Source of the DNA: Candidatus Shapirobacteria bacterium | GTDB lineage: Bacteria > Patescibacteriota > Microgenomatia > UBA12405 | Reading direction: 5' to 3' | Assembly: GCA_030698565.1 (NCBI GenBank) | Contig: JAUYJS010000008.1 | Coordinates: 161,275-225,274, forward strand | DNA length: 64,000 bases | Program-made: the position numbers and the translations under genes | Notes under the pieces: generated by a model | The model's input: only the letters and a program-made list of their open reading frames with translations | Databases searched by the model: none | Told to the model about the DNA's origin: nothing | Shown: piece after piece, positions 46,623 through 56,956 of the stretch | How the letters are laid out: the number at the start of each line of letters is the position of its first letter | Position numbering within the stretch: the first letter of the stretch is position 1

Positions 46623-49600
46623 TATATTAAATGAAAATACTTTTGAAACTAACATTGTTGAGAAACTAGTTTCAAGTTGTGGTTATATTGAAGGCAATCC
46701 TGTCGATTTCATTCCTGATCTGGCAATCGATACCAATCAACTATTCTCTTTTTTACTCGACTCCCAATCGAACGAAATTGACCAGCTAATCAAGGTACAT
46801 GGGGAAGATGAGTATCAGGACCGACTGATCCAACGGTTAATTAAAGAGTTAGATTTGCGGGGGACTCTTGATTGTTTGCGAAACGGTATTACTGATTATG
46901 GTGTCCATCTTAATCTTGCTTATTTCAAACCGGAATCTAGCCTCAATCAGGAGACCAAAGAAAAATATGATCAAAACATTATCTCCGTTACTCGCCAGGT
47001 CCACTTTAGTGAAAAAGACCCTGATAAATCTGTCGACCTGGTATTGTTTATCAATGGTTTACCTGTCGCTACTGCTGAATTAAAAAACCCATTTACTGGA
47101 CAGAATGTAGAAAATGCTCAGAAACAATATATTTACACCAGAGATGTCCGAGAATCACTTTTTCAATTCAAAAAAAGAGCTCTAGTCCATTTTGCCGTTG
47201 ATCCTAATTTGGTCTATATGACTACTCAACTCAACGGTGAAAATACTAAGTTTTTGCCTTTTAATAAGGGTCTAAATAATGGAGCTGGTAATCCATCAGT
47301 CGAATCCGGTTACCAAACATCATATCTTTGGGAAGAGGTCTGGAGTAAGGATGGCTGGATGGATATTATTGCCAAATATATTCACCTAGAGAAAAAAGAA
47401 ATAAAAACCGAAGGAAAAATAATTACTAAAGAGAAAATAATCTTTCCTCGTTACCACCAGCTTGATGTAGTGAGAAAGTTGGTTAACGATACCAAAAGAA
47501 GTGGAACTGGAAAAAATTACTTAATTGAACATAGTGCCGGAAGTGGAAAGAGCAACTCGATTGCTTGGTTGGCTTATCGTCTTGCAAATTTACATAATGA
47601 TTTAGATCAACCTGTTTTCGATTCAGTTGTCGTAGTTACCGACAGGGTGGTCCTAGACAAACAACTTCAAGATACGATTTATCAGTTTGATCATAAGCAA
47701 GGTGTTGTTCAAAAGATCGACAAAGATTCTGCCCAATTAGCTGATGCATTGAAGAAAGGGATCAAAATCATCATCACTACTGTTCAAAAGTTCCCCTTTG
47801 TTTTGGATCAAATTGACGAGTTGGAAGCCAAAAAGTATGCTGTAATTGTAGACGAAGCCCACGGTTCACAAGGCGGAGAAACTAGTAAACAGATGAAAGA
47901 AGTTTTGACTTTTGGTCTACACGAATCAGAAGAGTCATCGAATTTAGAAGAACCTGAAACGGCCGAAGATGAAATTAGAAAATCAATGGCATCTAGAGGT
48001 AAACAGTCAAATCTTTGTTTTTATGGATTCACCGCTACTCCTAAAGCGAAAACTCTAGAAGTCTTTGGTGAAGTTGGCAAAGACGGCAAACCCAGACCAT
48101 TCCATCTCTATTCAATGAGACAAGCCATTGAGGAAGGTTTCATTCTTGATGTCTTAAAAAGCTACACTACCTACAAAACCTATTTTCGGTTGTCCAAAGA
48201 AATCGAAGAAGATCCGGAAATAAGTAAGGATAAGGCCAATAGAGCCATCGCCCGATTCCTCTCACTACATCCGCATAATTTATCTCAAAAGACTGAAGTA
48301 ATGGTTGAACACTTCCGAAGAGTCACTATGAAAAGAATTGGTGGTAAAGCTAAGGCTATGGTAGTAACTAGTTCACGGATGCATGCAGTTAGGTACTACC
48401 TCGAATTTAATAAGTACCTAAAAGAAAAAAACTACACTGACATTAGAACTCTCGTCGCTTTTTCCGGTACTGTTATCGACAAAGATTCTGGAGCTGAATA
48501 CAAAGAAGTAGAAATGAATGGTTTTAGAGAGAAAGAACTACCAGAAAAATTCAATGCCGACGAATACAAAATACTGTTAGTCGCCGATAAATATCAAACA
48601 GGTTTCGATCAACCCTTACTCCATACCATGTATGTTGATAAAAAATTGTCAGGTGTAGCTGCTGTCCAAACATTATCAAGATTAAATCGAGTTGCTCCCG
48701 GAAAAGAAGATACCTTTGTCTTGGATTTTGTGAACGACCAAGCAACAATTTACGAATCTTTTCAACCTTATTACGAGCTGACTTCTCTTGAAGAAACTGC
48801 TAACCCAAATCATCTTTATGATCTAAAACACCAGTTAGAAGAAACCGGAATTTTCTGGCAATCAGAGGTTGATAGTTTTTCAAAGGTATTCTTTAAGCCT
48901 AAACAAACCCGAGCTGATCAAGCTGAACTTTACAGACTAATTCAACCAGCTATAGAAAGATATATTGCACTTGATGAAACAAAAAAAGAGGAATTTAAAA
49001 AGATGTTGACTGCCTTTATTAGAACCTACGCTTTTCTTTCCCAGATCATGCCATTCACGGATACTCAACTGGAAAAACTTTATGTTTTTGCCCGATTATT
49101 GAGAAATGCTTTACCTAGAAAAAATAATAATAACTTGGAGTTAAATGATGAGATTGCTTTGCAGTATTACAAACTTCAAAAAATTTCAGAGGGATCAGTT
49201 GAGCTATCAAAAGAAGGGGAGGTAAATCTCCCTGGAATAATGGGTGACTCTGGCAATGCTTCCACTGGTGAGGATGAAAAATCCAAACTATCAGAAATAA
49301 TCAAAACATTAAATGACAGGTTCGGAACTGAATTTAGTGAAGCAGACAAACTTTTCTTTGACCAAATTGAAGAAGAGTTGATTGCAGATCAAAAACTCCA
49401 AAAACAAGCATTAAACAACGAGATCGGTAATTTCAAATATGGTTTTAATGAAGTCTTCGTCGATAAAATCATTGACCGGATGGAGCAGAATCAGGAAATC
49501 TTTAACAAGATTATGAATAATCCTGACTTTAAAGCAGTTGTTTCCGATTGGATGCTCAAAAAGGTCTACAAAAAACTTAGTCAAAAAGTATCTATAAAGT

Positions 49601-50070
49601 CTTTGATTAAAGAAGGAGAGGGGCAGAATCTTGAATTTAAATCTTCTCTTAGATGGGACGTTAAGCAAGGTAAAGAAAATAAAGATTTGGAAAAAGTGAT
49701 AATGAAAACTCTCGCCGGATTTATGAACTCCGAAGGTGGACAGCTAATTATTGGAGTAGAGGATAATGGTAATGTTCTGGGCTTGGAAAACGATTATCAA
49801 ACTCTTCAAAACGGAAATAGAGATAAGTTTGAAACCCACATGGTACAACTAATGAAAGCCTTAATGGGTATAGAGTTTGTTCAATATGTCAGGTTCCTGT
49901 TCGACAAAATTGAAGGAAAAGATGTTTGTCTAGTAACTGCTATCAAATCACCAAAACCTGTATATGTGAAGTATCAAGACAAAGAGGAGTTCTTTGCCCG
50001 GACTGGCAATTCCACTAGCCCATTTACTCTAAGTGAAGCACAGGAGTTTATTAAAACACATTGGAATTAA
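46615..50070 (+). CDS. hsdR: type I restriction enzyme HsdR fused to a C-terminal AlbA_2/Schlafen-like putative DNA-binding domain
   Basis: HsdR_N (VDLVLFINGLPVATAELK), DEAD-box helicase (GSGKSNS, VVDEAHGSQ); C-terminal about 150 aa GQNLEFKSSLRWD...LAGFMNSEGGQLIIGVEDNGNVLGLEN matches AlbA_2 (PF04326). Confidence 0.85.
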   Translation: MPNILNENTFETNIVEKLVSSCGYIEGNPVDFIPDLAIDTNQLFSFLLDSQSNEIDQLIKVHGEDEYQDRLIQRLIKELDLRGTLDCLRNGITDYGVHLNLAYFKPESSLNQETKEKYDQNIISVTRQVHFSEKDPDKSVDLVLFINGLPVATAELKNPFTGQNVENAQKQYIYTRDVRESLFQFKKRALVHFAVDPNLVYMTTQLNGENTKFLPFNKGLNNGAGNPSVESGYQTSYLWEEVWSKDGWMDIIAKYIHLEKKEIKTEGKIITKEKIIFPRYHQLDVVRKLVNDTKRSGTGKNYLIEHSAGSGKSNSIAWLAYRLANLHNDLDQPVFDSVVVVTDRVVLDKQLQDTIYQFDHKQGVVQKIDKDSAQLADALKKGIKIIITTVQKFPFVLDQIDELEAKKYAVIVDEAHGSQGGETSKQMKEVLTFGLHESEESSNLEEPETAEDEIRKSMASRGKQSNLCFYGFTATPKAKTLEVFGEVGKDGKPRPFHLYSMRQAIEEGFILDVLKSYTTYKTYFRLSKEIEEDPEISKDKANRAIARFLSLHPHNLSQKTEVMVEHFRRVTMKRIGGKAKAMVVTSSRMHAVRYYLEFNKYLKEKNYTDIRTLVAFSGTVIDKDSGAEYKEVEMNGFREKELPEKFNADEYKILLVADKYQTGFDQPLLHTMYVDKKLSGVAAVQTLSRLNRVAPGKEDTFVLDFVNDQATIYESFQPYYELTSLEETANPNHLYDLKHQLEETGIFWQSEVDSFSKVFFKPKQTRADQAELYRLIQPAIERYIALDETKKEEFKKMLTAFIRTYAFLSQIMPFTDTQLEKLYVFARLLRNALPRKNNNNLELNDEIALQYYKLQKISEGSVELSKEGEVNLPGIMGDSGNASTGEDEKSKLSEIIKTLNDRFGTEFSEADKLFFDQIEEELIADQKLQKQALNNEIGNFKYGFNEVFVDKIIDRMEQNQEIFNKIMNNPDFKAVVSDWMLKKVYKKLSQKVSIKSLIKEGEGQNLEFKSSLRWDVKQGKENKDLEKVIMKTLAGFMNSEGGQLIIGVEDNGNVLGLENDYQTLQNGNRDKFETHMVQLMKALMGIEFVQYVRFLFDKIEGKDVCLVTAIKSPKPVYVKYQDKEEFFARTGNSTSPFTLSEAQEFIKTHWN

Positions 50071-50772
50071 ATGGATAATGATAAAGCCCCAAAATCAGGT
50101 GTAGTATATATTCTCATCAATGATGCCATGCCTGGCTATATCAAAATCGGCATAACCCAAACCTCCGTTGAACAAAGAGTAAAAGAACTTTCACGGACAT
50201 CAGCGGTCCCCATTCCCTTTGAATGTTACTTTGCAGTTCGTGTGGCTGATGTCCGACGAGTCGAAGCTGCTATCCATAATGCTTTTGGAGATCACCGAAG
50301 AAATCCTAAAAGAGAATTTTTTCAGCTCGCACCAGAACGAGTTGTCCCTATTTTAAAATTATTAGCGATTGAAGAAGTACATATTTCAGTAGATGCTGGT
50401 GTCGAAAATAAAGCAGACGCCCAAGCCTTAGAGCTGGCCCATAAAAGGAGAGCAGCCTTTAATTTCGAAATGGCCCAAATTCCAATAGAGTCTGAACTGA
50501 AATTCATTCGTAATGAAGAAATAACTTGTTCAGTTGCACCTGATCAAAAACATGTGATATTTAATGGCGAAACGATGTCTGTTTCTTCTGCTGCCCAAAA
50601 AGCCTTAAATAGTAAATGGCAGGTTCAAGGTCCGGCTTACTGGACCTATGAAGGAGAAATTCTTGACGAAAGACGAATAAGAATAGAGGCTGGAATTCCC
50701 ACTGACAAAGAAATCGAAGAAGCGGGGGATTATTGGATGAATCTACAAGATGAAATTGCAAGGGGTAAATAA
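50071..50772 (+). CDS. T5orf172 (GIY-YIG-related) plus DUF4357-type protein
   Basis: GVVYILINDAMPGYIKIGIT...RVKELS...PFECYFAV = T5orf172/MUG113 domain; ATG directly abuts the hsdR stop; locally higher GC. Confidence 0.6.
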   Translation: MDNDKAPKSGVVYILINDAMPGYIKIGITQTSVEQRVKELSRTSAVPIPFECYFAVRVADVRRVEAAIHNAFGDHRRNPKREFFQLAPERVVPILKLLAIEEVHISVDAGVENKADAQALELAHKRRAAFNFEMAQIPIESELKFIRNEEITCSVAPDQKHVIFNGETMSVSSAAQKALNSKWQVQGPAYWTYEGEILDERRIRIEAGIPTDKEIEEAGDYWMNLQDEIARGK

Positions 50773-50854
50773 ATGGTGCAAGTGAAAGGGTGTGACTGTT
50801 GTGAAAACCGCGTATAATCTCGATAGATACTAAATCTAAATTATTAAAATTAAA

Positions 50855-52741
50855 ATGTATTTATCAAGGTTAAAGATAAAAGGTTTTAGAGGAATTGTTA
50901 GTTGTAGTTTTGACTTCAAGTCAGGAGTGAATGTCCTTATTGGAGAAAATGCTAGCAATAAATCAGCTGTAATTGACGCTTTGAGACTTTTGTATTGCTT
51001 AGGAGATCCACAGAGGGATATATGGGTGAAAGATGAAGATTTTAATGTAAATCTTGAAACAAACACAAAGGTGGAAAAAATATCAATAGAATACGAATTT
51101 TCTGATATGTCAGTAAAACAAAAAGGAGCTTTATATGAATATCTTATCTTGGGGAAAACCGAATCTGAGGATTTGTGTAAATTCACTTTGGAATATCAGC
51201 AAAGAAAAGACGGTAGCATCATTACTGAGTATTTTTCAGGTACAGATCCAGAGCAAAAACCAGGCGGTGATACGTTTTCTATATTTCAGCATTACTATCT
51301 AGACGCTCTCCGTGATAGCACTCACATGCTACTTAATAACAAAAAGAACATTTTAGGAAAACTTCTTTCTAGGACAATTTCCCGAAGTGGTTCGGAAAAT
51401 GAATTTCAAACAATAATTAACACTGCGAATAAAGGTCTCCTTGCACGTAATGAGATAAGTCAGACAAGACATAATATAAACGAAAATCTCCGAGGTATTT
51501 TCAAAAGAGTAGAGTCAAGTAATGTAGGGTTAAGAATAGATTCTTCCAGGATAGATTATATTATGAACACAATTAAGCCATATTTACCTCATAATCTAGC
51601 AATAGAAGACTCCCCTGGATTTCAAATTGGACAAAACAGTTTGGGATTTAATAACTTAATTTATTTTGCAGTTGTTTTAGGGGACATACGAGAGAGAAAA
51701 AAAATTGAAAAACTTTACCACTTTGCGTTACTAATTGAAGAACCAGAAGTACATTTACACCCACAACTACAATTAAACTTATATAGATTTTTAGAGGACA
51801 ATCTTAGCGGTAATACACAACTATTTTTAACGACACACTCACCAACGCTAACCTCGAAAGTACCATTATCGAGTCTAAATCTTATCGCTAAAAATTGTGT
51901 TTGGAATATGGAAAACTGTTTTTTGGACCGTAGTTCAGAAAATATAAAAAAGGACGGGACGAATCTCACTGATGCCAATTTTAAAACCGAAAAGAACAAA
52001 GTCGAAAGGTATATTGACGTTACTAGATCACAGATGTTTTTTTCAAAAGCAATAATTTTTGTGGAAGGTATTAGTGAAGAGATGTTGGTACATAAGTTAT
52101 GTAAAAAATTAGGCTTCGAACTTGAAGATTTTCAGATAGAACTGGTGAATGTAAATGGTGTATCATTTTATCCTTTCATTCATTTCTTCAATTCTTCTTC
52201 AGCTTCTAAAAGACTTCCCCAGCCAATTTTAATACTAACTGATGACGACCGCTATCCGAATTCCAAAAATAAAAAGTATTCATTTAACAAGCTGATTTCA
52301 AAAGAAGAGATTCTAGATAATCTGGTGAGTAAAATTGAGTCCGGAGCAGCAAGTAAAAGAATCTCAAACTTACATGATATTTCGAACGGTCAGCTTATCG
52401 ATATAAAAACTTCATATCAGACATTTGAATTAGATCTGGCTTATTCAAATGTATTTCCCAAGCAAGATATATTTTATAAAAATGCACTTATAAACTATCT
52501 AAAGGACTACCACAATAATAAATTTGAAAAAATAAAAAAATATGTAGATAAACTATTTACTGTGAAGACGATCTTGGATCAATCCGAGAGAAAAAAAATA
52601 GCTTTACTTCTCTGGAAGTGCATAAAAACAAAAGCGAACTTCGCTCAAGAGTTCTCAATCTATCTCGAAAATTCTACTTTGATGTTTGTTGTTCCAAGAT
52701 ATATAAGAAGGGGATTAAAAAGATTAGTAAACTCAATATGA
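50855..52741 (+). CDS. OLD-family ATP-dependent endonuclease (ABC-type ATPase plus Toprim), GajA-like
   Basis: N-terminal LSRLKIKGFRGI...NVLIGENASNKSAVIDAL (AAA_15/21 P-loop); C-terminal Toprim IIFVEGISEEMLV and LILTDDDRYP. Confidence 0.65.
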   Translation: MYLSRLKIKGFRGIVSCSFDFKSGVNVLIGENASNKSAVIDALRLLYCLGDPQRDIWVKDEDFNVNLETNTKVEKISIEYEFSDMSVKQKGALYEYLILGKTESEDLCKFTLEYQQRKDGSIITEYFSGTDPEQKPGGDTFSIFQHYYLDALRDSTHMLLNNKKNILGKLLSRTISRSGSENEFQTIINTANKGLLARNEISQTRHNINENLRGIFKRVESSNVGLRIDSSRIDYIMNTIKPYLPHNLAIEDSPGFQIGQNSLGFNNLIYFAVVLGDIRERKKIEKLYHFALLIEEPEVHLHPQLQLNLYRFLEDNLSGNTQLFLTTHSPTLTSKVPLSSLNLIAKNCVWNMENCFLDRSSENIKKDGTNLTDANFKTEKNKVERYIDVTRSQMFFSKAIIFVEGISEEMLVHKLCKKLGFELEDFQIELVNVNGVSFYPFIHFFNSSSASKRLPQPILILTDDDRYPNSKNKKYSFNKLISKEEILDNLVSKIESGAASKRISNLHDISNGQLIDIKTSYQTFELDLAYSNVFPKQDIFYKNALINYLKDYHNNKFEKIKKYVDKLFTVKTILDQSERKKIALLLWKCIKTKANFAQEFSIYLENSTLMFVVPRYIRRGLKRLVNSI

Positions 52742-54540
52742 GTTTTAATTTCGATCTTACCGAGGAGAGGAAGATTTTTTTAAGTAAGAGAGGAAAGGTA
52801 ATACTATCAGCTTGTCCCGGTAGTGGAAAGACCACGGTATTAGCATATAAAATGGTTAATTTAGTGAAAGAAGTTGAGAGTAAGCACAATAAACATGCGG
52901 GGGTATTATGTTTATCTTTTACTAATGTTGCAGCCCAAGAAATTCTAGAAAAATATCGCGTATTTAGTGGATTTAACCTAGGCCGACCATCCCAAGTAAT
53001 GACAATAGATAGTTTTGTAAACACTTATATTACACTTCCTTTTTACAGGTTGTTAGCCAATAAAGACATAAGACCCCAAATAGTTGAAGATCTGGAATTA
53101 GATTTAATACTCAAAAATTATGTAATGAGATTTTTAATCAATAGAAAACTAATATATTTTATCTATCCTCCAAGAAAATTTGAGTTTGATGTAAATGGAA
53201 ACTTTGTCTTACCATTTTTATCAAGCTTTACTTCTCCCCAAGATGTTGAGAACCTTGGTAAGTATGTGGCTAAATTAAAAGAAGTCCAACTAGACAAGGG
53301 AATATTTAAGAACAATGACTCAACATTCATAGCTTTAAAGATAATTGAGAAATTCCCAAGGATAAAAAACTATTTGACTACAAAGTTCCCGTATATTTTA
53401 ATAGATGAAGCTCAGGACACATCTGAGAATCAATATAAACTTATAGAATCGTTGACGGAAAGTAATCTCGAAGATCTTGAGTTGGTAGGCGATCATTATC
53501 AAGCTGTCTATGAATGGAGAGATGCAAATCCAACCAAGTTTTGTGAACTGAAAGTAGACAAAACCTGGCAATCTTGCGATTTTACTGATTGTAGAAGATC
53601 GAATCAATCGATAATTGATGTCTACAGTAAGCTAAGAAACTCGACAGAAAATAAGATATCTTCAACTTCTGCTGATATGGTACAGAATCCTGTTCAAATT
53701 GTTTTGTTCAATGAAGCTAACTTAGTTGATGCAGCTAAAAAATATGAAGAAATAGTCAGTTCCTACGAATCCAATATCATTTTATCCAGAGGTAATTCTT
53801 TGATTGAGAATTTAAAAGGAATATCAAGTGATAAGAAACTTCCTTGGAAATTAGATGTGCCGATAAAGCTAATTAACGCAAAAAAGTATTTAGATAGTGG
53901 AAACATAAAAAAGTCTGTTGATATTGTGAGATCATTTATACCACTGCTTCTCGATAATAATGCTCCTTTTTCCGAAAGAAAGATTACAGAAAGAGAATTA
54001 AAAAAAGATTGCGAATTTAATGCTTCATTGTTAACTTTAATCAAAAAAATACCCTCATTTGAGTTATCACTTAAAGAATGGACTAAACAAGGGGAAGATT
54101 TAATAAATGGACTTCTAAAACAATCACCTAACATCTCATTCGAGTTAAAAAAAGGGATTTGGATAAAAGAATATCCCAAAAAAATAGTCGAAATTTTCGA
54201 TATGCAAAACAATGTAATAAAAACAAATGTTTCTACTATACATGGTGTAAAAGGAAAGACATTTGATTCTGTTTTTATAATCTTAAATAGTTCAAGTTCT
54301 GGCCAGAGCATATCGATAAATGATTATGTCCAACCTACTAGCCTTCCAAATGAGAAACAAAGGCTACTGTATGTGGCGATGTCTCGACCAAAGCACTTGC
54401 TGGTAATAGGAATACCGTCTTCTACTTGTGATGTAAACAAAGCCAAACAACTTTTTGGCAACGAAGTCCAAATTCATCAAATTCCTGAATCAATTACAAT
54501 TTCATCTCCAGAGATTGCAATGTCTCAGACCAATACATGA
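52738..54540 (+). CDS. UvrD-like superfamily 1 helicase, GajB-like
   Basis: ATG overlaps gajA stop (ATGA); Walker A SACPGSGKTT; motif II ILIDEAQDTS; C-terminal VSTIHGVKGKTFD and LLYVAMSRPKHLL. Confidence 0.65.
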   Translation: MSFNFDLTEERKIFLSKRGKVILSACPGSGKTTVLAYKMVNLVKEVESKHNKHAGVLCLSFTNVAAQEILEKYRVFSGFNLGRPSQVMTIDSFVNTYITLPFYRLLANKDIRPQIVEDLELDLILKNYVMRFLINRKLIYFIYPPRKFEFDVNGNFVLPFLSSFTSPQDVENLGKYVAKLKEVQLDKGIFKNNDSTFIALKIIEKFPRIKNYLTTKFPYILIDEAQDTSENQYKLIESLTESNLEDLELVGDHYQAVYEWRDANPTKFCELKVDKTWQSCDFTDCRRSNQSIIDVYSKLRNSTENKISSTSADMVQNPVQIVLFNEANLVDAAKKYEEIVSSYESNIILSRGNSLIENLKGISSDKKLPWKLDVPIKLINAKKYLDSGNIKKSVDIVRSFIPLLLDNNAPFSERKITERELKKDCEFNASLLTLIKKIPSFELSLKEWTKQGEDLINGLLKQSPNISFELKKGIWIKEYPKKIVEIFDMQNNVIKTNVSTIHGVKGKTFDSVFIILNSSSSGQSISINDYVQPTSLPNEKQRLLYVAMSRPKHLLVIGIPSSTCDVNKAKQLFGNEVQIHQIPESITISSPEIAMSQTNT

Positions 54541-54649
54541 AATTCTTACCGTATTTTAGCTATCTAAAAGATTTCGATATTACTTGGTTTAATCCATATG
54601 GGGGTTGTTTTAGTTCTCATTTAATAGATAATATTGAGCAAGATTATTT

Positions 54650-55561
54650 ATGAAAATATCAGAAAAAGATATTAAATTGCTTTGGGGTAAGTCGGGTAAC
54701 CGATGTTCGATTTGTCATGTCGAACTATCTTCTGACAAAAAAACATCCACAAAAGACTATCCTCTCGGCGAACAAGCCCACATAGTTGCAGAAGAATCTA
54801 GTGGTCCAAGAGGCGAAAGCCAACTTACTTCGTTGGAAAGAAACTCGTATTCAAATCTGGTACTTTTATGTCCAACACACCACACAGCCATTGACAAAGA
54901 TACAGACTATTATTCGATAGAAAAACTCCAATTTATAAAAAGTAATAACGAACAGTGGGTTAGAGAAAAGTTATCAAGTATTATAGACCTTCACAATGAG
55001 GCAAAAGACATGGTTTATGCTGACTTGATAGATAAAATTGTAAAATTTATCGATCTTGAACACTGGGATAGCTGGTCAAGTCATCTGTTATCCTCTTTGC
55101 ATCGTATGGACCAAACTCTTAGAAACTCGCTTCTGGACTTGCAGGTTCAAGTATCGAAAACTTTATGGTCTGGAAAATATCCAGACCTTGAGAAAGCGAT
55201 GAAGCTTTTATCAAAATATTTTGGTGATGTTTTGGGGACTTATCTGGAAAACGCAGAATTAAATAGCGAAGGAGACTATAAGGGAGTGAAATTTTATAAG
55301 AATTACTATGGAAAGGCACAATCTGTTGTCAGTGAAAAAGTTGCTGAATACGACAAGTGGGAAGAAGATCTGTCAACCTCAATGCACGAGGCTACAAAAA
55401 GTTTAAATTTATTTGCAGATAAGGTCAGAGAGCACTTTAATCCATTTTTTTACGTCACTGACGGTAAATTTATGATAGTTGAAGGACCATATGAAGACTT
55501 AGAATTTAAATATTACACACCTGAATTTACAAATTTAGAGAAACAAACAAAAACATCTTAA
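54650..55561 (+). CDS. HNH endonuclease domain protein with about 200-aa uncharacterised C-terminal domain
   Basis: CSICHVEL...GEQAHIVAEE...NLVLLCPTHHTAID = HNH motif. Confidence 0.6.
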   Translation: MKISEKDIKLLWGKSGNRCSICHVELSSDKKTSTKDYPLGEQAHIVAEESSGPRGESQLTSLERNSYSNLVLLCPTHHTAIDKDTDYYSIEKLQFIKSNNEQWVREKLSSIIDLHNEAKDMVYADLIDKIVKFIDLEHWDSWSSHLLSSLHRMDQTLRNSLLDLQVQVSKTLWSGKYPDLEKAMKLLSKYFGDVLGTYLENAELNSEGDYKGVKFYKNYYGKAQSVVSEKVAEYDKWEEDLSTSMHEATKSLNLFADKVREHFNPFFYVTDGKFMIVEGPYEDLEFKYYTPEFTNLEKQTKTS

Positions 55562-55601
55562 TTATTTTTATCAAAATCAAAAATTATATATTTGTGAGTA
55601 A

Positions 55602-56270
55602 TTGCCACTAATGGAAAAAATAATAGAATGGATTCAGACAAATTACGGCTGGATTTTCAACATAATTATACAAAGCTTTATTGCCTATCATATTTATTTT
55701 TTGTCAAAAAAAATATCAACAGAAGCTAGGCTTGAACATAGGGAAAATATTAAAGAAATAGCAGAAACGATCCTGTCAGAAATTCATAAAAAGGGTTTAA
55801 CTTCAAAAGTTTACTTAGTTAACATTGTTAGATACTTTAAAGATTATCCCTCTAATAAAGAAAACATATTTACCGGGTATTCTCACATTAGGGCTGAGAT
55901 CAAATCCACTAGATATGATGGAATTGAATTCTTTGCTGAGTCACCAAAAGAGGTTTATAAAAAATCTAATGGGCAACTTTCTTTTACTGGGAAAAAAGAG
56001 AATAAATTATTTAATGTATACCCGGTAGGAATTGTTCCTTACGACTGGATAGAATACCTAGATTCAGAAGGTGACGAATATGGATATGTACCACTAATCT
56101 ATTGTTATTTTAAAGGAAGGGTCTACTGGAAGTTCTGGAAAAAACTCTTGTTTTTTGGCTACCCATACAAGAAAATAATTTACTACAAACTAAATGAGAT
56201 TTACAATGAAAGAAACGATCCTCGTGATATGAAATATTCTTATGTATATGACAAGATCTATAAAAAGTGA
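55602..56270 (+). CDS. hypothetical membrane-anchored protein
   Basis: 222 aa; N-terminal TM YGWIFNIIIQSFIAYHIYFL; Y/W-rich. Confidence 0.4.
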   Translation: MPLMEKIIEWIQTNYGWIFNIIIQSFIAYHIYFLSKKISTEARLEHRENIKEIAETILSEIHKKGLTSKVYLVNIVRYFKDYPSNKENIFTGYSHIRAEIKSTRYDGIEFFAESPKEVYKKSNGQLSFTGKKENKLFNVYPVGIVPYDWIEYLDSEGDEYGYVPLIYCYFKGRVYWKFWKKLLFFGYPYKKIIYYKLNEIYNERNDPRDMKYSYVYDKIYKK

Positions 56271-56335
56271 AACTTTATTGCTCTAAAAGTACATTGTATT
56301 CCTTATTGTTTCCATCTCGTGGAGCATTCTAAAAC

Positions 56336-56839
56336 CTACGGCATAAACATATACCCATATTCATCACTCGGTCCAAAGTAATGCGATTTGTTCAGTAAAG
56401 TATCCGCTAATTCTTGTGCTGTCATATTCTCCGAAATGCGATAACTCGCCACAATATCAATTGAGCCATTGGTCCCAACTGACAATGCTCCCGGATTTCC
56501 CTGGGTCGTATCCTTGGTGTGTTCTAAAGCATATTTAAAGGCTTTTTCACTTCTGATAAAACCGTAGTATTTCAGGTTGCTAATTACCGCTTCCAATGTC
56601 GAACCTTTACCGGGGCGAAAATCTACTGTTTGGCTTTGCTTTTGTCTTTCTAGATCACTTTGAGTAAATCTTAGTTTTTCGACAAAATAGTCTTCTACCT
56701 TTTTAGACGACTGCCAAGTTTTCCCCGGTGCTTTAAAATCTTCTTCCGAAATTTTATTTACTTTCTTCTGCCAGATTACATATCCTAAACCGACCACTAT
56801 TAAGGCAACAAAAATCGGTAACAATTTTTTCATTTTCAT
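56336..56839 (-). CDS. membrane-anchored protein with YceG/MltG-like N-terminal domain (partial-length)
   Basis: Signal/TM LLPIFVALIVVGLGYVIW; FRPGKGSTLEAVISNLKYYGFIRSEKAF resembles YceG (IPEGST...I...L...GVI); half the length of full MltG. Confidence 0.35.
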   Translation of the reverse strand: MKMKKLLPIFVALIVVGLGYVIWQKKVNKISEEDFKAPGKTWQSSKKVEDYFVEKLRFTQSDLERQKQSQTVDFRPGKGSTLEAVISNLKYYGFIRSEKAFKYALEHTKDTTQGNPGALSVGTNGSIDIVASYRISENMTAQELADTLLNKSHYFGPSDEYGYMFMP

Positions 56840-56956
56840 ATCTTATTCTACTTCATTAGTTTTTCACTATGGTATCCCATTCCGCATAGAAGGAACCTTA
56901 AATCGTGCAAGTTAGCCGGAAATAGTTCCATTTGGCGAGCATGTTATCCTTTTTTA

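Noticed and set aside
50322-53607. Minus-strand ORFs overlapping T5orf172, gajA and gajB (e.g. 50836..51186, 51715..51999, 52674..53024, 53763..54311)
   Set aside because: They are antisense to domain-supported CDSs and have low-complexity hydrophobic translations typical of AT-rich antisense frames.
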